45,893 nucleotides of DNA, filler included, from Catajapyx aquilonaris (GCA_000934665.2; 2 parts of 2 records of this genome joined end to end with filler, not necessarily neighbours in it), one strand, 5' to 3'; counted from the whole stretch's first letter, positions 22,446 through 35,015 are shown. A program made the numbers and translations. Notes: a model not told the origin generated them from the letters alone.

Positions 22446-23031
22446 ATTTCTTATTAGTGTTAGTATCCTCCCTTGATTGGTAAGCGTTGGTAAGACACAA
22501 CTGCTTTTGTTCTGATCAAGATGGCGACTGAATTGCGCATTGCGGCACTTAGCATTCGTGCCATACCAGTGAACATTTAAAAAAATTGTTGGATGATAGG
22601 CACATCGTGTATTATTTTGAAATATTCAAATGGCTTACACCGAAGCCAAACAATGGAGTTGTCACGAGCTAGTTGGACCACACCTTGTGTTGCGTTTATA
22701 TACTATTCCTTCATTTCTTCCAGAGTAACATGAATCCATGGTTGGCAGGAATAGTTGCGCAAGGTGTGGCCAACTTGCTGATGACGAGTCCATTGATAAG
22801 TTCTGGGTAAGCCATTTGAGTAAGCAAAAGAAGACACGATATGTCAATCATACAAGGATCTTCTTAAATCATTCACTGACAGTTACAGTGAACGATTGCT
22901 AGTAGTATATATATGCGGCTCATGAGACAATGGATCATCAATCACTCGTTGACAGCTCACTTCCGGTCTAATCCATTGTTCTCGAACACCTGCTTCCGGT
23001 CTGCTTTTTAATTGCTTTTAATTAGCATAAT

Positions 23032-23131
23032 NNNNNNNNNNNNNNNNNNNNNNNNNNNNNNNNNNNNNNNNNNNNTTAATTAATTAANNNNNNNNNNNNN
23101 NNNNNNNNNNNNNNNNNNNNNNNNNNNNNNN
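23032..23131. other. Artificial 100-bp scaffold spacer (N44-TTAATTAATTAA-N44)
   Basis: Symmetric N runs around a 12-mer that encodes stops in all six frames. Confidence 0.92.
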
Positions 23132-23320
23132 CGTTTCCGGACACGGTTTCCTATGTCAAAAATGTTTGTCTTGGTCCCCTCTATTACCCCTGGAAGTTTG
23201 TAAAGTTAGGTCGTAAACACCCTGTATAGCCTACAAGTACATACTTTCAATTAGATGGTTATCATTAATGAAATATACTTTTGCCCTACCGTGAGAGGTA
23301 CGGGACTTATGGCCCACCCT
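23132..23320. mobile_element. Two Tc1/mariner-type terminal fragments
   Basis: Ends ...AAACACCCTG-TA (~23224) and ...GGGACTTATGGCCCACCCTG-TA (~23321), i.e. TA-CAGGGTG-type termini. Confidence 0.5.
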
Positions 23321-23353
23321 GTACTTCAGCATGCACACACTCCAGTTTTTGTA

Positions 23354-23571
23354 CAGTGCCGTGCACAATAGCATATAACAAGTGTAAACAACGACTTTGA
23401 CGTTACCTGGCAACTGGGCGTGTTCGGACATCGGCATGTGGAGAGTGCTAATTAGCGTTCTTTCTGTCGTTGCCACTGTTTACAGGTAGCGATTGATGCT
23501 GGGCGACCTATAGCGAAGGGTGTGTGCATGCTTACCAATGCATGGCATCGGAATAAGCGGGCTGAGGGGGA

Positions 23572-23660
<89 letters not shown>

Positions 23661-24298
23661 TACCCCATTGGGATTTACCATGTCCTTTAGGGGGGTGAAT
23701 TACCACCATCGGAAATTGGAGCCATATAAGAAGATCTTATTTAATTACTCCAGGGTAGGTAGGAGGGGATGTGCAAAGTGCAAGTGCAATGTCTCTAACG
23801 GTCATTTTGTGAACTCCCCCGGGTGGCTTAGTCTATCGGAAATTGCCACCCAAAATGAAGCCAGAGATGGCCCAACTCTGCACGGATAAAGGTGGGGACC
23901 CCAGGTGGGGATCGAACCCGGGATCTTAATATTAATATTAATAATAATATTAATAGCGTTACCGCTGCGCCACTTCACCTCCCCACTGAGGGGGATATTA
24001 TTTTGAGAAGGCGCTTCGTTATTATCACACTATCGTCACTTTCCAGTATGAGTCAGGATGCATGGAGTTACTGAATGATCGGGAAGGAGTCCGGTACATG
24101 CTCTTGTCTGCCAATTTAATATAAGGTCCACATTGAATATCATCCACTCCCAATCAATCGCTACCTGTCCTGTAAACAGTGGCAACGACAGAAAGAACGC
24201 TAAGCACTCTCCACATGCCGATGTCCGAACACGCCCAGTTGCCAGGTAACGCCAAAGCCGTTGTTTACACTTGTTATATGCTATTATGCACGGTACTG
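23354..24298. mobile_element. Tc1/mariner-type MITE with ~130-bp TIRs and TA target site
   Basis: TA-CAGTGCCGTGCACAATAGCATATAACAAGTG... and ...CACTTGTTATATGCTATTATGCACGGTACTG-TA; 23354-23487 is the reverse complement of ~24169-24298. Confidence 0.88.
23579..23985 (-). mobile_element. tRNA-derived SINE with (TAA)n tail, nested in the MITE
   Basis: Minus strand: A box TGGCGCAGCGG, B box GGTTCGATCCCC; tail of ~29 TAA units; 17-bp TSD CTGAGGGGGATATTATT at 23562-23578 and 23986-24002. Confidence 0.85.
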
Positions 24299-25203
24299 TA
24301 CTACGTCACAGTTGTTTAATTTTACAAAGAGCATCACTTCACAAATAAATTCTATGGTACGGCTCCTCTTACTCTTAGCACTTCCAGGTATGGACGACTG
24401 TGCTTTCTATAACACCAAGCGCAGTGCTGCCCTCTACGCTGAGCTTTACGTCTCGCCAGCTGCATTGGAACCACCTTCCGGCTCATGCATGTCACGGCAA
24501 CATAATTATTTCTATTCTTCTGAACGATTTTGGGCCTTTCAGGAGCACAAAAAGTAGTCCACAAAAACCCAAACAGGCCTCTGAATGAATAGATCTGGAA
24601 TATTACCAAAATGTCCCAAAATTGCTTCATAAAGTACAAAACCATCCCATAAGTCCATAAAAGGCAAAATTGGCATTTAAAGTCACAAAAAGCCAGAATA
24701 GGCAAAAAATAGTTCCCAAAACCAGGAAATAGGCAATTTTAGGCACTATAAAACCTACGTTTTCCACATCCTGCTCGAAATGGATAGATCTCGTCTAATC
24801 ACATAACCAACTCTAAAGTGGCGTTTACATGTGAACGATTTGACAAGCGCAGCGGAGCGAAGTCATCGCTGATTAACGTACCATAACCAATATTGTTTGA
24901 GGTGAAAGTAACAATCGAGTTCCGCCTCATACAATTCTGGTTACTCGGGTTACTCAGCATTGTCATTGCTGGTGATGACACCGTGCGATCAAATCGCTCA
25001 CAGGTTAACACACCTTAAGAGCTTGTAATGTTTGTTTATTTGAGGGTTGTTTTTAGTTATCCATAATATCACCTGAAGTAGTTATTTTTGTTTAGCTAGT
25101 TGTGCCCCGATCCAGCAGGTACCCCATTACAGAGGTAAACATTGGAATATCTACAATATTGTGAAGCCCTTTTCATGAAATAAGATTTTATGAAATGATA
25201 ACA

Positions 25204-25675
25204 CAGTTGACTCTTTGGATATAACACCCTCGGTTATAATGGACTTATAACATGGTTATAGCAGACTCTAAAGGCCGGTCCCAGCAAACTTCCATTTAAG
25301 CCAGATGCATTTTTACTCCCGATATAACACTCATTTTCACCTCGCCTCGGCTATAACTGACCATATTTTGGCTCTTCGGAGGGAAAATATGCTGTTTTGG
25401 ATTATTCGACTTCCTTTCCCATGTGTAGGAAGGTAGTAGAGAATAAGAGAATACTGAAGTGGGGTTGATTTTCACATCTGTCATTGAACTAAGCTACTCA
25501 AAATCATACTTTTTGTGGTATATTTGGCAACAAGGGGACAGCTGAAGAACATTAAGGATTTTTTTAACCTGCATAATTTACAGGTGAACTAATTTGTTGC
25601 GAAAGGGTTGATTTGGCTGTAACAGGCCTCTCTTTTCCACGGTCCCTTGATGTATGTTGTATCGAGAGTCGACTG
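25204..25675. mobile_element. pogo/Tigger-like MITE (degenerate)
   Basis: Left CAGTTGACTCTTTGGATATAAC and right GTTGTATCGAGAGTCGACTG-TA; subterminal TATAAC and GGTCCC motifs. Confidence 0.65.
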
Positions 25676-25898
25676 TATCTATTTAATTAAATGAATGAAT
25701 GGGCGAACAGCCCAATTCCCCATGTTGACCTGTGTTATGAGCAGTAATGTGCTTTGTTGACCTTCATCTGGAATGGAATATGTTGAATTAGACAGAGCTA
25801 AGTATAGCTTGTGATGCAAACCAAGCGTTTTCGATACTGGTTGCTGATTATTAGTTAATCATTTTCTGCAAAGTTAATGTCTCGTGTTCTAATTTCAG

Positions 25899-28453
25899 AT
25901 ATTGGAACCCTTCATGTACCCCCTGATGTACCAACTTGTCTACTGCTATACCATTGCAACGGTGCTTTTGCCACGAAGAGGGACCGGGAGAGGCACATGC
26001 TGAAGAAGCACATCAATCCCGAGCTTCAGGTAATACAATAAATCTATGTACTATATTAATTTTAATTAGGGTTTCCTACCTACAGTGGTTTCCATTTTAC
26101 ATATTTTGTTCATAAGAAATCATTGTTGTAAGAGGGTGGATCAAAAATGACTGAGAATGATTTTTCCTCCTGGACTATCAGTAGTTGGTCTGAATCAATG
26201 GGAGCATGGTCCTTTTCAAAAAACTCCCCATCCAGTTCAATGCACTGCTTCAATACTGTTTTTCTCCAATCATTAGACATGTCACAAGCGATTTTTTGTA
26301 ACCTCCTTTAGGATGGCATCAGAATTTTTCAGCACAGCTGTAAATGCCTAAATTCGGTGTCCTCGAGACTTGGATATCAAAGTGAGGGATTTCAAAAAGT
26401 CCCACAGAGCAAGGTCAAGGGTGTAAGTTGGTTGCAATATACAGGTGACGTTTTTTTAGCCGGATATTTCGTTATGACATTCTCAACATGAGACCTGGGA
26501 TTGTCGTGGTGGAGTATCCATCCACTTGGATGGACTTTTTTTTTTAGCAATGTGCTCCCTGAGAGCCTTTACCACTGAGATGTTGTATAGGCCTACTGTC
26601 CATTGACAGAAGTATGAGGGGGAACTGCATATTATTTTTTCCAGGCAAAAACAGAATTTGATGGCCATACTGCTCCTTGCATGTCACCTCCATTGTACAC
26701 GTACTACTTGGCAAAATGGAATAACCCATCTTTAAAAAATTCTAAAAAGTTCTTACATGACTTTTTATCCACTGCTCCGCAACAGGTTGGCTAACAGCGC
26801 TGGTATTATCTGATTAAAATGCATCATGTCGAAGTGTTTTCACACCAATGTTTGCAATTTGCATGAAACCAGTTGCGGGTTAACCTTTGTGATCACAAAA
26901 GGATGTCTTGTCGACTCTATTGGCGACCTGTAGCTTCATTCCTCCAATATTGCATTTCGATCCTAATACCTGTATTAATTGAGTATGCACTTGCCCCTGA
27001 TGATGCATAGTTAGGGGCAAGTGCAGCCCACTGTTTAAAAATCAGCCTGATTACGCCACCAAAACGGAACAATAACAACCTGATAGTACACCTTAACCTC
27101 TTAAGTACAGTGCCAGAGAGGTTACGCAGCATGCGATTCAAGACTCGTCAGAAATTCTGCCAAAGATCCCTACATACTCGCCGGAGAAGTTGAAACGCAG
27201 CTTTGACCCAAGGTGCCCAAGGCAATTTTTTATCACTGTGATGCTACATTTAACAGAGTGGGCAAAGGTTATCGTGAACGTTTAAGTGATTTTCGATAGC
27301 CCCTGCCAGCTTGTGCTATACATAGTATTAGAAGCAATTCCGCACTTGCCCCATTGTCTCACTTGCCCCAACTTACCCTATCTTGGGTGAGGATACACCT
27401 CACTTGCATGCCTTCCAACAATTTGGTAAACTTTCACAATTTGCTTAGAATATACGGTAGGTGTTGTTACCTGGACATTTAACTAGCCAAATGCCTAAAA
27501 TTACTCTTGCCCAGTGGTCTTGGACAAGGTACCACATTGAATTGGAGGTGAATGAGCTTCCACACGTTCATCATCAGCGGAAAGACAAAACACCATTACA
27601 AAGCAAATCTCGGCCCTGCTAGTAAATAATATTGCATGACAAGCCTACCCTGACCGACACTAGCCTTTCCAATACATCTGCATTTATGAGATGTCACTGA
27701 TTTCAGGGAAAAGGTCCTGAAGAGAAAATGAAGAATAGAGACCAGAAAGACACGAAGAAAAGGAAACAGTTGAGGGGTAAGGGTTGTCAGATACGCAAGA
27801 GGAAATTCAGTTCCTGGGAGAATTTGAAGAGTGACGTGAGAATCAACTCCGAAGAAAAGCCTTTCAGTTGCCAGATTTGTCAGAAAACGTTTAGGGACTC
27901 CCATGCTGTGACGGTCCACATGAGAACCCACACAGGGGAGAAGCCTTTTAGCTGTGAGGTTTGCAAGAGAAAGTTTAGTAGGGCAGGAAATTTGAAGAGC
28001 CACATGGGGACTCATACAAGGGAGAAGCCGTTTAGCTGTGTTGTTTGCACGAGGAAGTTTAGTCAGTCAAAATATTTGAATATACACATGAGGATTCACA
28101 CAGGGGAGAAGCCGTTCAGCTGCCAGATTTGTGAGAGAAAGTTTCGTCATTCATTAAATTTGAAAACCCACATAAGAACACACACAAGTGAGAAGCCTTT
28201 CAGTTGCCAAGTTTGCAAGAGAAAGTTTACTCGGTCAGGAAATTTGAAAGACCACCTGAAGGTTCACACAGGGGAGAAGCCATTCAGTTGCATGATTTGC
28301 AAGAGGATGTTTAGAACCACATCAATTCTGTTGGCGCACATGAGAGCACACACAGGTGAGAGACCTTTCATATGTCAGGTTTGTAATAAAAGGTTTAGCC
28401 AGTTGGGACACTTACAACGCCACAGGAGAAGTCACACAGGCGAGAAGCCATAA
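25899..28453 (+). CDS. Kruppel-type C2H2 zinc-finger protein (5' exons unresolved)
   Basis: Terminal exon 27707-28453 has 7 canonical fingers with TGEKP-type linkers plus one degenerate finger. Upstream exon 25899-26029 (AG/GT-bounded; CLLLYHCNGAFATKRDRERHMLKKH) splices in phase 0; this link is less certain. Confidence 0.82.
26130..26435 (-). mobile_element. Mariner transposase relic (C-terminal part)
   Basis: Minus strand reads PTYTLDLALWDF (decayed YSPDLAPxDF) and KQCIELDGEFFEK (mariner C-terminal KCIxxxGEYFEK); TIR-like GAGGGTGGATCAAAAA at ~26132. Confidence 0.7.
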
Positions 28454-29629
28454 TTATATATTACCAGATTTTCAAGGGAAGGTTCAGTGAGTCTGGAAGT
28501 TTGAAAAAGTAAGTTACAAAGCACGCAGGTGAAAAGTGAACACACCCTGTTAGCTACTCATAGTATTTAGGATGGGCCTTGGAGACATCATTGGGGAGGA
28601 AGGAAGAAGTCAAAGGAAAAACAGGTATACCACAAGTATATCGTACTGTACAAGAGACCTGGAATGTGGTGTTGGAGAATTTATTTAGTCTTTAGGAGCA
28701 TGCATGTAGCCGACTATGTATCATGTTAAATAAATATTTTGTAAATATTAAGTTGTCTTTTTGGAAGTTCCTGTGGAGAAAGTATGGTTGTGATTATACC
28801 AAGGAGGCTGTTGGCTTTTCAATCAGCCAGTGGGCGGAGTGAGGGCTCATCCGGTTACTAACCATCCACCACTGACGTCACCGCTAAAGGTGAGGAGTAT
28901 CAGAATGCGCCCCAGCTGACGGATCGTGAAAAAGGCAAGGTGAGATCGCAAGAGTGAAACCAGATGGGAGCGGACAGAGCCGTTCTGTAGGACTTTTTTT
29001 CCGATGAGAAAAAAATCTAAAAACTGTTTATACACTTCAATGCCATTATATGTGGTCGCTAATGTAATCCAATTGTGTATGAAAATGTATTATTTTTGGC
29101 ACTTTAAGACGCCATAACTTTTGCAAATATGGGCCTCATCACGAAATATTTCATTTTTAGTTATCATATATTGTCCTGTAATAGCATGTTAAGTTTCATC
29201 AAGATCCGTCATTATCACCCGGGGACCTTCCCTTGTAAGCATGTCGCATTGACCCTTTGTCATAAATCACTAAAGTATTCGATATTTTCATATAAAATCA
29301 ATTTATACCGTAGTAAATGTTGTACCGTCATTATACTAGGAATTAATATATAAATAAAAATAAGTAAAATACTTGCATATTATCAGCCTGCACTCCTTAG
29401 AATGCTCTTTGTAATATGCACAGAATAGCCTACACCTATTGTCTATAAAGGTGGGTCTACATAGTTTTTTCCCATTTTGGCAGTGTCAATTCCCAGCATT
29501 CCGCATGTAGGACACCACTGTTTCCCTTGCTGCCATTCGCCACTCATAAGGGCCAGAATGTAAGTATTTGCACAACCTTTCTTACAACAGCCATGTGCTG
29601 TATTCATTTTTCAAAGCTATACAAAAGTA

Positions 29630-30230
29630 CGAGGGCTAGTCGGAAAGTAAGTTTCGCGATGCTACAGTTTCGACGCCATGCGATGGACAGAGCAAGAAAC
29701 TAGCATGGGCAGATACGTTGATCCTTCCTCTACAGGACGAGTAGGAGCCTTCTTGCAACTTCTGCGCAGGCGCGGCATCCGTCGGACGAGACCGAGTCGC
29801 GAGCCGAGCGTGCCCGCCCACATTCTATCTTCCAGGACATATCATGCCAGACAGGGAGTAGGCTATTGGTCACATGTACTATAAGAAAGAAGTTAGGACA
29901 CTTGAGGACATTGCCGGTAATTGCCGTGGCCGGTAGTTCGGGTGTCTGTTTGAGGAAATGTGGCAGGGAGGGAACTTGCACGCACAAATCAAGTATTCAT
30001 GTAGCCCGCTAGAGGGTACAAGTGTCATGGCCCAACTCAGCCCATGCCAGCACGCCCAGATCGGCTCCAAATTTCTTTGCCGCAAGAAATCTGCACGAGC
30101 TCACTGCGAGAGTGCATGCGCTGTGCCGTCCTGGGTGGGTGGGCAGGGAATAAGTTGCTCCAAAATTTTCTCATTCGCGCCTCGGCGCCTCGCGTCGAAT
30201 CTCCGCCTGTTGTTCAAGCCAAGTATCCAA
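29630..30230 (+). mobile_element. Decayed mariner-like element, left part
   Basis: TA-CGAGGGCTAGTCGGAAAGTAAGTTTCG resembles mariner TIRs; QIGSKFLCRKKSARAH weakly resembles the first HTH. Right boundary unclear. Confidence 0.45.
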
Positions 30231-30398
30231 CTGCATATGCGTCTCTAGTTCCTCCCTCAATAAGTTGTGCAAAAAATTTGCAGAAACTCACCAGGGGAAC
30301 CCAAACGCTGTTGCGGATCAAAAAGATGGGCTGAACCATTTTGAGATTTTATTTGCACGGGTACAGTTGCTTATCTTTTCTAATAGATATTTAATTAA

Positions 30399-31395
30399 GA
30401 GGGCCGGGTCATTACGTTTCCCGCCACTTTTTTGGCAACAGCGAGCCAAAATCGGATGCGCCGACTCGTCTTCGTTCGACGAATCCTGGCGCGCTGTTAG
30501 AGATACGGGAACGCGGTTTTTTGCATCGTCCGGAGAAAGAGCTGGCCTTTGTTCCGGTTGTGGAGCGGTTCTAATCGGTCAATAAGTAATCGATCGGAAA
30601 TGGGAAATGCGTTTGGGAATTGACGTCACAGGGGCGTCGCAACGGAGCCGGCCATTTGAATTTGGCATCTTGGAATGTGTAACCCCCCCGCTGATCTCCG
30701 TGCCGACCCATTTTGGAGTCATTTGGGCAGTTTTCATGGTACATATGTTGGAAACACTAGACCCCCCACCACTAACCCCGAAACCAGGTCTGCCGATCGG
30801 AGGGGAAAAGGCCGCCGGCAAGGGTTGCCAATCCCCCCATCGCCGACGAGGGGAGCCAATTCGGATACAAGCTGCCCATTATTGCTGCCATTATCACCCT
30901 GGCCATTATGGTATATTACGCCGGGTCATACGGCCTGCTTGTATCTGATTTGGCAACCCTTGTCGGCGACGCTGTTGCCTTTCTCCCTCCGATCGGCAGA
31001 CCTGGTTTCGCGGTTAGTGGTGGGGGGTCTAGTGTTTCCAACATATGTGCCATAAAGACTGCCCAAATGACTCCAAAATCTGTCGGAAGAGATCAGCGGG
31101 GGGGGGGGGGGTTGTTCATTCCAAGACGCCAAATGCAAATGGCCGGCTCCGTTGCGACGCCCCTGTGGCGTCAATTCCCAAACGCATTTCCCATCGCCGA
31201 TCCATTACTTATTGACCGATTAGAACCGCTCCACGACCGGAACAAAGGCCAGCTCTTTCTCCGGACGATGCAAAAAACCGCGTGCCCGTATCTCTAACAG
31301 TGTGCCAGGATTAGTCGAACGAAGACGAGTCTGCTCATCCGATTTTGGCGCGCTGCTGCCAAAAAAGTGGCGGGAAACGTAATGACCCAGCCCTC
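30399..31395. mobile_element. Palindromic MITE, 997 bp, ~430-bp imperfect arms, TTAA target site (Kolobok-like termini)
   Basis: TTAA-GAGGGCCGGGTCATTACGTTTCCCGCCAC...GTGGCGGGAAACGTAATGACCCAGCCCTC-TTAA; arms ~30399-30833 and ~30947-31395. RR..YY ends with TTAA fit Kolobok better than piggyBac (CC..GG). Confidence 0.88.
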
Positions 31396-31426
31396 TTAAC
31401 ATGTACGCGTACAGTAAAAGGCAAAA

Positions 31427-32285
31427 TTAGAACTTGCTGTCAGATGGAACACCCGCTCTTCCATCTCTGTCCTTCAATTCCTGGTAGTGCGAGTATACCA
31501 CGAGCAAGAAGTAAACTCCTAAGACCGGGCTGATGGCCATTCCGATCAATCCTCCAACGGTTCCTCCGCCTCTGACGATGAACATCACGTCTATGATCAC
31601 GCCTAGGATCATGCCTATCACTGTTATCACCATGTAAGGCAGCATCAGTCGAGGACGCATCTGAAGCAATTACGCAATTAGTGATGTTAGTTAGAGGGAA
31701 GGCGCTAACTTGTAAGTACAGAGGCTCAACATCCTTTACAAACATAATATGGGACAACATAGCTGTGCACCTCCGAAGTCATTTGACGAGGTAAAGGAAG
31801 AAATGATATTGTTTACTCCTGTCAAAGAAAAATGTTCAAATCAAAAATATCTCACCTTTCTGACACCATGGATAAGCAGACTTGCTAACACGACGTGTAC
31901 GATACACAGAACCATCACAATTACAAGAGCAATTCGGAGAACTGGAACCAAAATAATGACGAGTGTTAGTAACTTTTGGTACAGTTCGACTGAAAACATT
32001 GCATGAGTGATGATGATAGGGCACATACAGTTCATAAGTTGACCCATCTCCACCTGACGCTGTAGGTCCTTCTTGTACTTTTGGATGAGTGTCTCCCATG
32101 ACACCAGAAGCACTACTGACCCACAGATTAATAATAGTGATGCAATCTGCAAGTAAAATATATCGCATTATTATCTGAAAAAATATTAAAGCAGTATGTT
32201 TGCAGCTTACCAACTGCAATATCCCGATAATTAGAGTACCGGTACGGGTAGTAAAGCAGCGGCAACATGTGTTGAGAATTGGCAT
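31427..32285 (-). CDS. Four-TM protein of the LAPTM/DUF4728-like arthropod family, 4 exons, ~181 aa
   Basis: Exons 32285-32211, 32146-32044, 31989-31856, 31660-31427. Motifs TCCRCFTTRTGTLIIGIL, ASLLIHGVRKMRPRLMLPY and YFLLVVYSHYQEL. Confidence 0.82.
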
Positions 32286-33429
32286 CTTGCTGGCGTGCCT
32301 TAGCCGGACCTGCCGCATGTATATGAAAATATTTACGGAGGTTATGCTCAAGCAAAATATTAATTTTAAGCTAATCACAGAGCTGTATTTTGTCATTTTA
32401 GGACAGTAGACTGATAACATACTCACGTTGTCAGCAAACAAATCGAAAACAAAGTCTCCTTCCGATCCGACCGGTAAGCGTAACCTATTCTTAAATATAA
32501 GTGTGAGCCTGTTGCTTCCCCAACCAGTTGTGCAAAAATAGCAAAAAGCCAAAAACCGCGCACTTTTTTATATTGGCGAAGCCCCCCAATGTCAAACGCA
32601 GTGTCCATTATACAGACGCCAATTTATCAAATTTACCAGAGGAAGAGCGGAAATGATACGCTGAATGTGTGAATGTATGTACGCAGTATTATTTTTAGGG
32701 TAGATGGGATTCAAATATTGAAGGCTATTTTGTCTTGATTATGACGCCTACAATTGGCAAATTGATAGCTGTGTTATTCTACGATAGGTGCATACTTGCC
32801 ATGGACTTTGATCACTGTATAGAGTATTACCGTGTGCTCCGTGTAAGCTTTCTTTCGTATCGGTAAATATGTTGCGGACTCGCCTATATCATATTGGTAT
32901 ACAGAGTAGTATATGGATTAGGTGAAGCTACATGATTTTTTTTCTACATTATTTCCGGCCTTTTAACGCGTGCCTTACAACATTATTAAAATAACGTAAG
33001 TTGATCAACCTTGGGAACAAATGGTTTTTTTTTTGACCAGGACCACGAATAAACTGCTTGCAAAACATTGGCAATACGGCCCTTTTCCAGAGTTATATTG
33101 ATGAATGTGTTCTGTCCCATTGTGCGATTAATGTATACTCACTACTGAAGAGTTGTGCCATATGTATCCGCTTATCGATACCCATGCCATTACTCTTTTT
33201 CTAATCCGGTATACTCGGTCCGAGATGTGTGTCACTCACATGGGCAATGAACCCTGGCGAGTACGTGTCGGCTTTCACATCCAGATGTGTCTATTCTATT
33301 CTTGTTATGTTACCTCCAGCAGGTGGCGCAAATGCCATTTGTTGAACAAGTATGACGAAATGACAATGTATCGATTATAACAACTAGGCCTTCAGTGGAT
33401 TGCAAATGTAAAGAGGAGCAATGACCACT

Positions 33430-33560
33430 TGAAGTGCATGAAAAATCCCAATAATCAGTGTTGAGGTTTTTCGTCCGTTTGAAGGCAGCAGCGACGGAGG
33501 CATACGGCATGCTAAGAGAGGTGTATGGTGAAGAAGTGTTCCACAGCATTCCGATGGTAC
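33430..33560 (+). mobile_element. Mariner transposase N-terminal HTH relic
   Basis: SVLRFFVRLKAAATEAYGMLREVYGEEV matches the mariner first-HTH consensus (IKFxVKLGKxATETxxMLxxAYGEE). Confidence 0.7.
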
Positions 33561-34074
33561 AAGGCATTCAGCGAATCAGAATAAGCTTTCAAAGACACAG
33601 GTCTGCAGACCTCATCAGAGTTCTGACATACTGTAGGCCCTCATTAACACCCCCTGTGCAGTGATTGTTCAGGGAGAACGCTGCATATCCGTCCATGGCC
33701 TTGCCAGAATATGTGGTATTTCCCATGGTAGTGCCCACGCAATTTTGCACTGACCATTTGCACATATGACGCGTTTGCACCCAGTGCGATGGCCCTCAGA
33801 TTGTTTACTCCATAGGAGAGGCAGGTTTGTGAAGAGTTTCAATGTCTTGTGGCCTCACATGGTGACCAGTATCTCCTGTTCACAATTTTAGCATGTCGTA
33901 CATCTCTGTGGCCATTTTCTTCAAACGGAACAAAACTTCAACACTGAATATTGGCCCTCACCACCAACCTCCTGGAAGAGCAGAGGCTAATATAAATAAT
34001 ATAAATAATAATCCAGATATAATTTTAAAACAGCCAATTCAGTAATTGTTATTATGCCACAATAGTTATATATA

Positions 34075-34421
34075 TTACGTTACCCCGGGATAAGGTGGAG
34101 CCTTTTTAGGGGGGTGGCACACCACCATCAGTTTTATAGTACTGAGTACTTCTTTCCTTCAATCTCCGGTGCAGGGAATCAAGGACATTACCTGGTAAGG
34201 ATAGTGATTTTTTTGAGGAGGGAACATGTGGTTCTAGTGCAATGTCGGTAAAGGGGTCATGTGCTGTTCCCCAGGAGGTTAGGCTGCCAGACACCTCCTT
34301 GGTGCAGGTCAGAGACCCTCCTGACGCAGGTGAAAGGAAAGTTCCCCAGGCGGGGATCGAATCTGGGGCCTTTCACTCAGCAAGCCGAGACGTTACCATC
34401 TCGGCCATGTACACCTCCCCA
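34075..34421 (-). mobile_element. tRNA-derived SINE
   Basis: Minus strand GGGAGGTGTACATGGCCGAGATGGTAACG...GATTCGATCCCCGCCTGGG (A and B boxes); imperfect TSD ACAATAGTT(A)TAT at ~34059 and ~34422. Head similar to the SINE at 23985. Confidence 0.72.
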
Positions 34422-35015
34422 ACAATAGTTTATATTCATGTTCACCAGTGTAATAGTGTGAAAATATTAGCAGAACTATTTTGTCATCGAAATTTGGGTA
34501 GCATAATGTAATGACGAGGCAACAAAAGGTGATGAGGTACTCTTTGTTACATCATTCCAAAGGGAGTGACGTAGTGACGGTGAGGACTGCTAAAGTATAT
34601 ATGTGTCTATTTTAACTCGGCTACTTAGTAACCTGCAAATAATTATTTTTCAGAAGGTTTCCCAACACCAGACTTGTAAAGAAATTTTTCTGGCATAGAC
34701 AGTGTTGTCATGCTCGTATTGAAATATCAGGGACCTGTAGTGAATGTGTTGCGAAACCGGTCAATACAACTGAAAGTACAGTATATGATGAAATGGATGG
34801 TTGCATGCACGGAAATTAAGTCGTACGTTCTTGTCAGGACGTGGTCAAGGTACTAATTAATTTATTGCTAAAGTGCAGACGTATAATAAGGCAGAAATAA
34901 ATTTCTGGACAACGCATACCAAAAAATGTGTTGAAATAGTATAGTGCTTCTCTGTATTGAAAGAGGCATACTATTTTTCAAAAAAAAATACATAATTTCA
35001 ATCAATGGGGAGGGG

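Noticed and set aside
23452..23709. Poly-Ile ORF
   Set aside because: Translation of the SINE (TAA)n tail.
23890..23985. Functional tRNA gene (also ~34345-34420 and ~35016-35095)
   Set aside because: A and B boxes are present but there is no proper cloverleaf; TSDs and tails on two of the three indicate SINEs.
26966..27380. Possible MITE with GGGGCAAGTG motifs ending ACTTACCC-TA
   Set aside because: Only one clear terminus; boundaries cannot be supported.
28846..29240. Possible transposon fragment ending GGGGACCTTCCCTTGTAA
   Set aside because: No matching opposite terminus or TSD found in the window.
30579..31402. Several 60-130 aa ORFs
   Set aside because: They lie in the arms of the palindromic MITE, mirror each other on both strands and show no transposase motifs.
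31836..32552. 238-aa ORF
   Set aside because: Only MPILNT...ILQL is coding (exon 1 of the 4-TM gene); the rest is UTR, intron or off-frame sequence.
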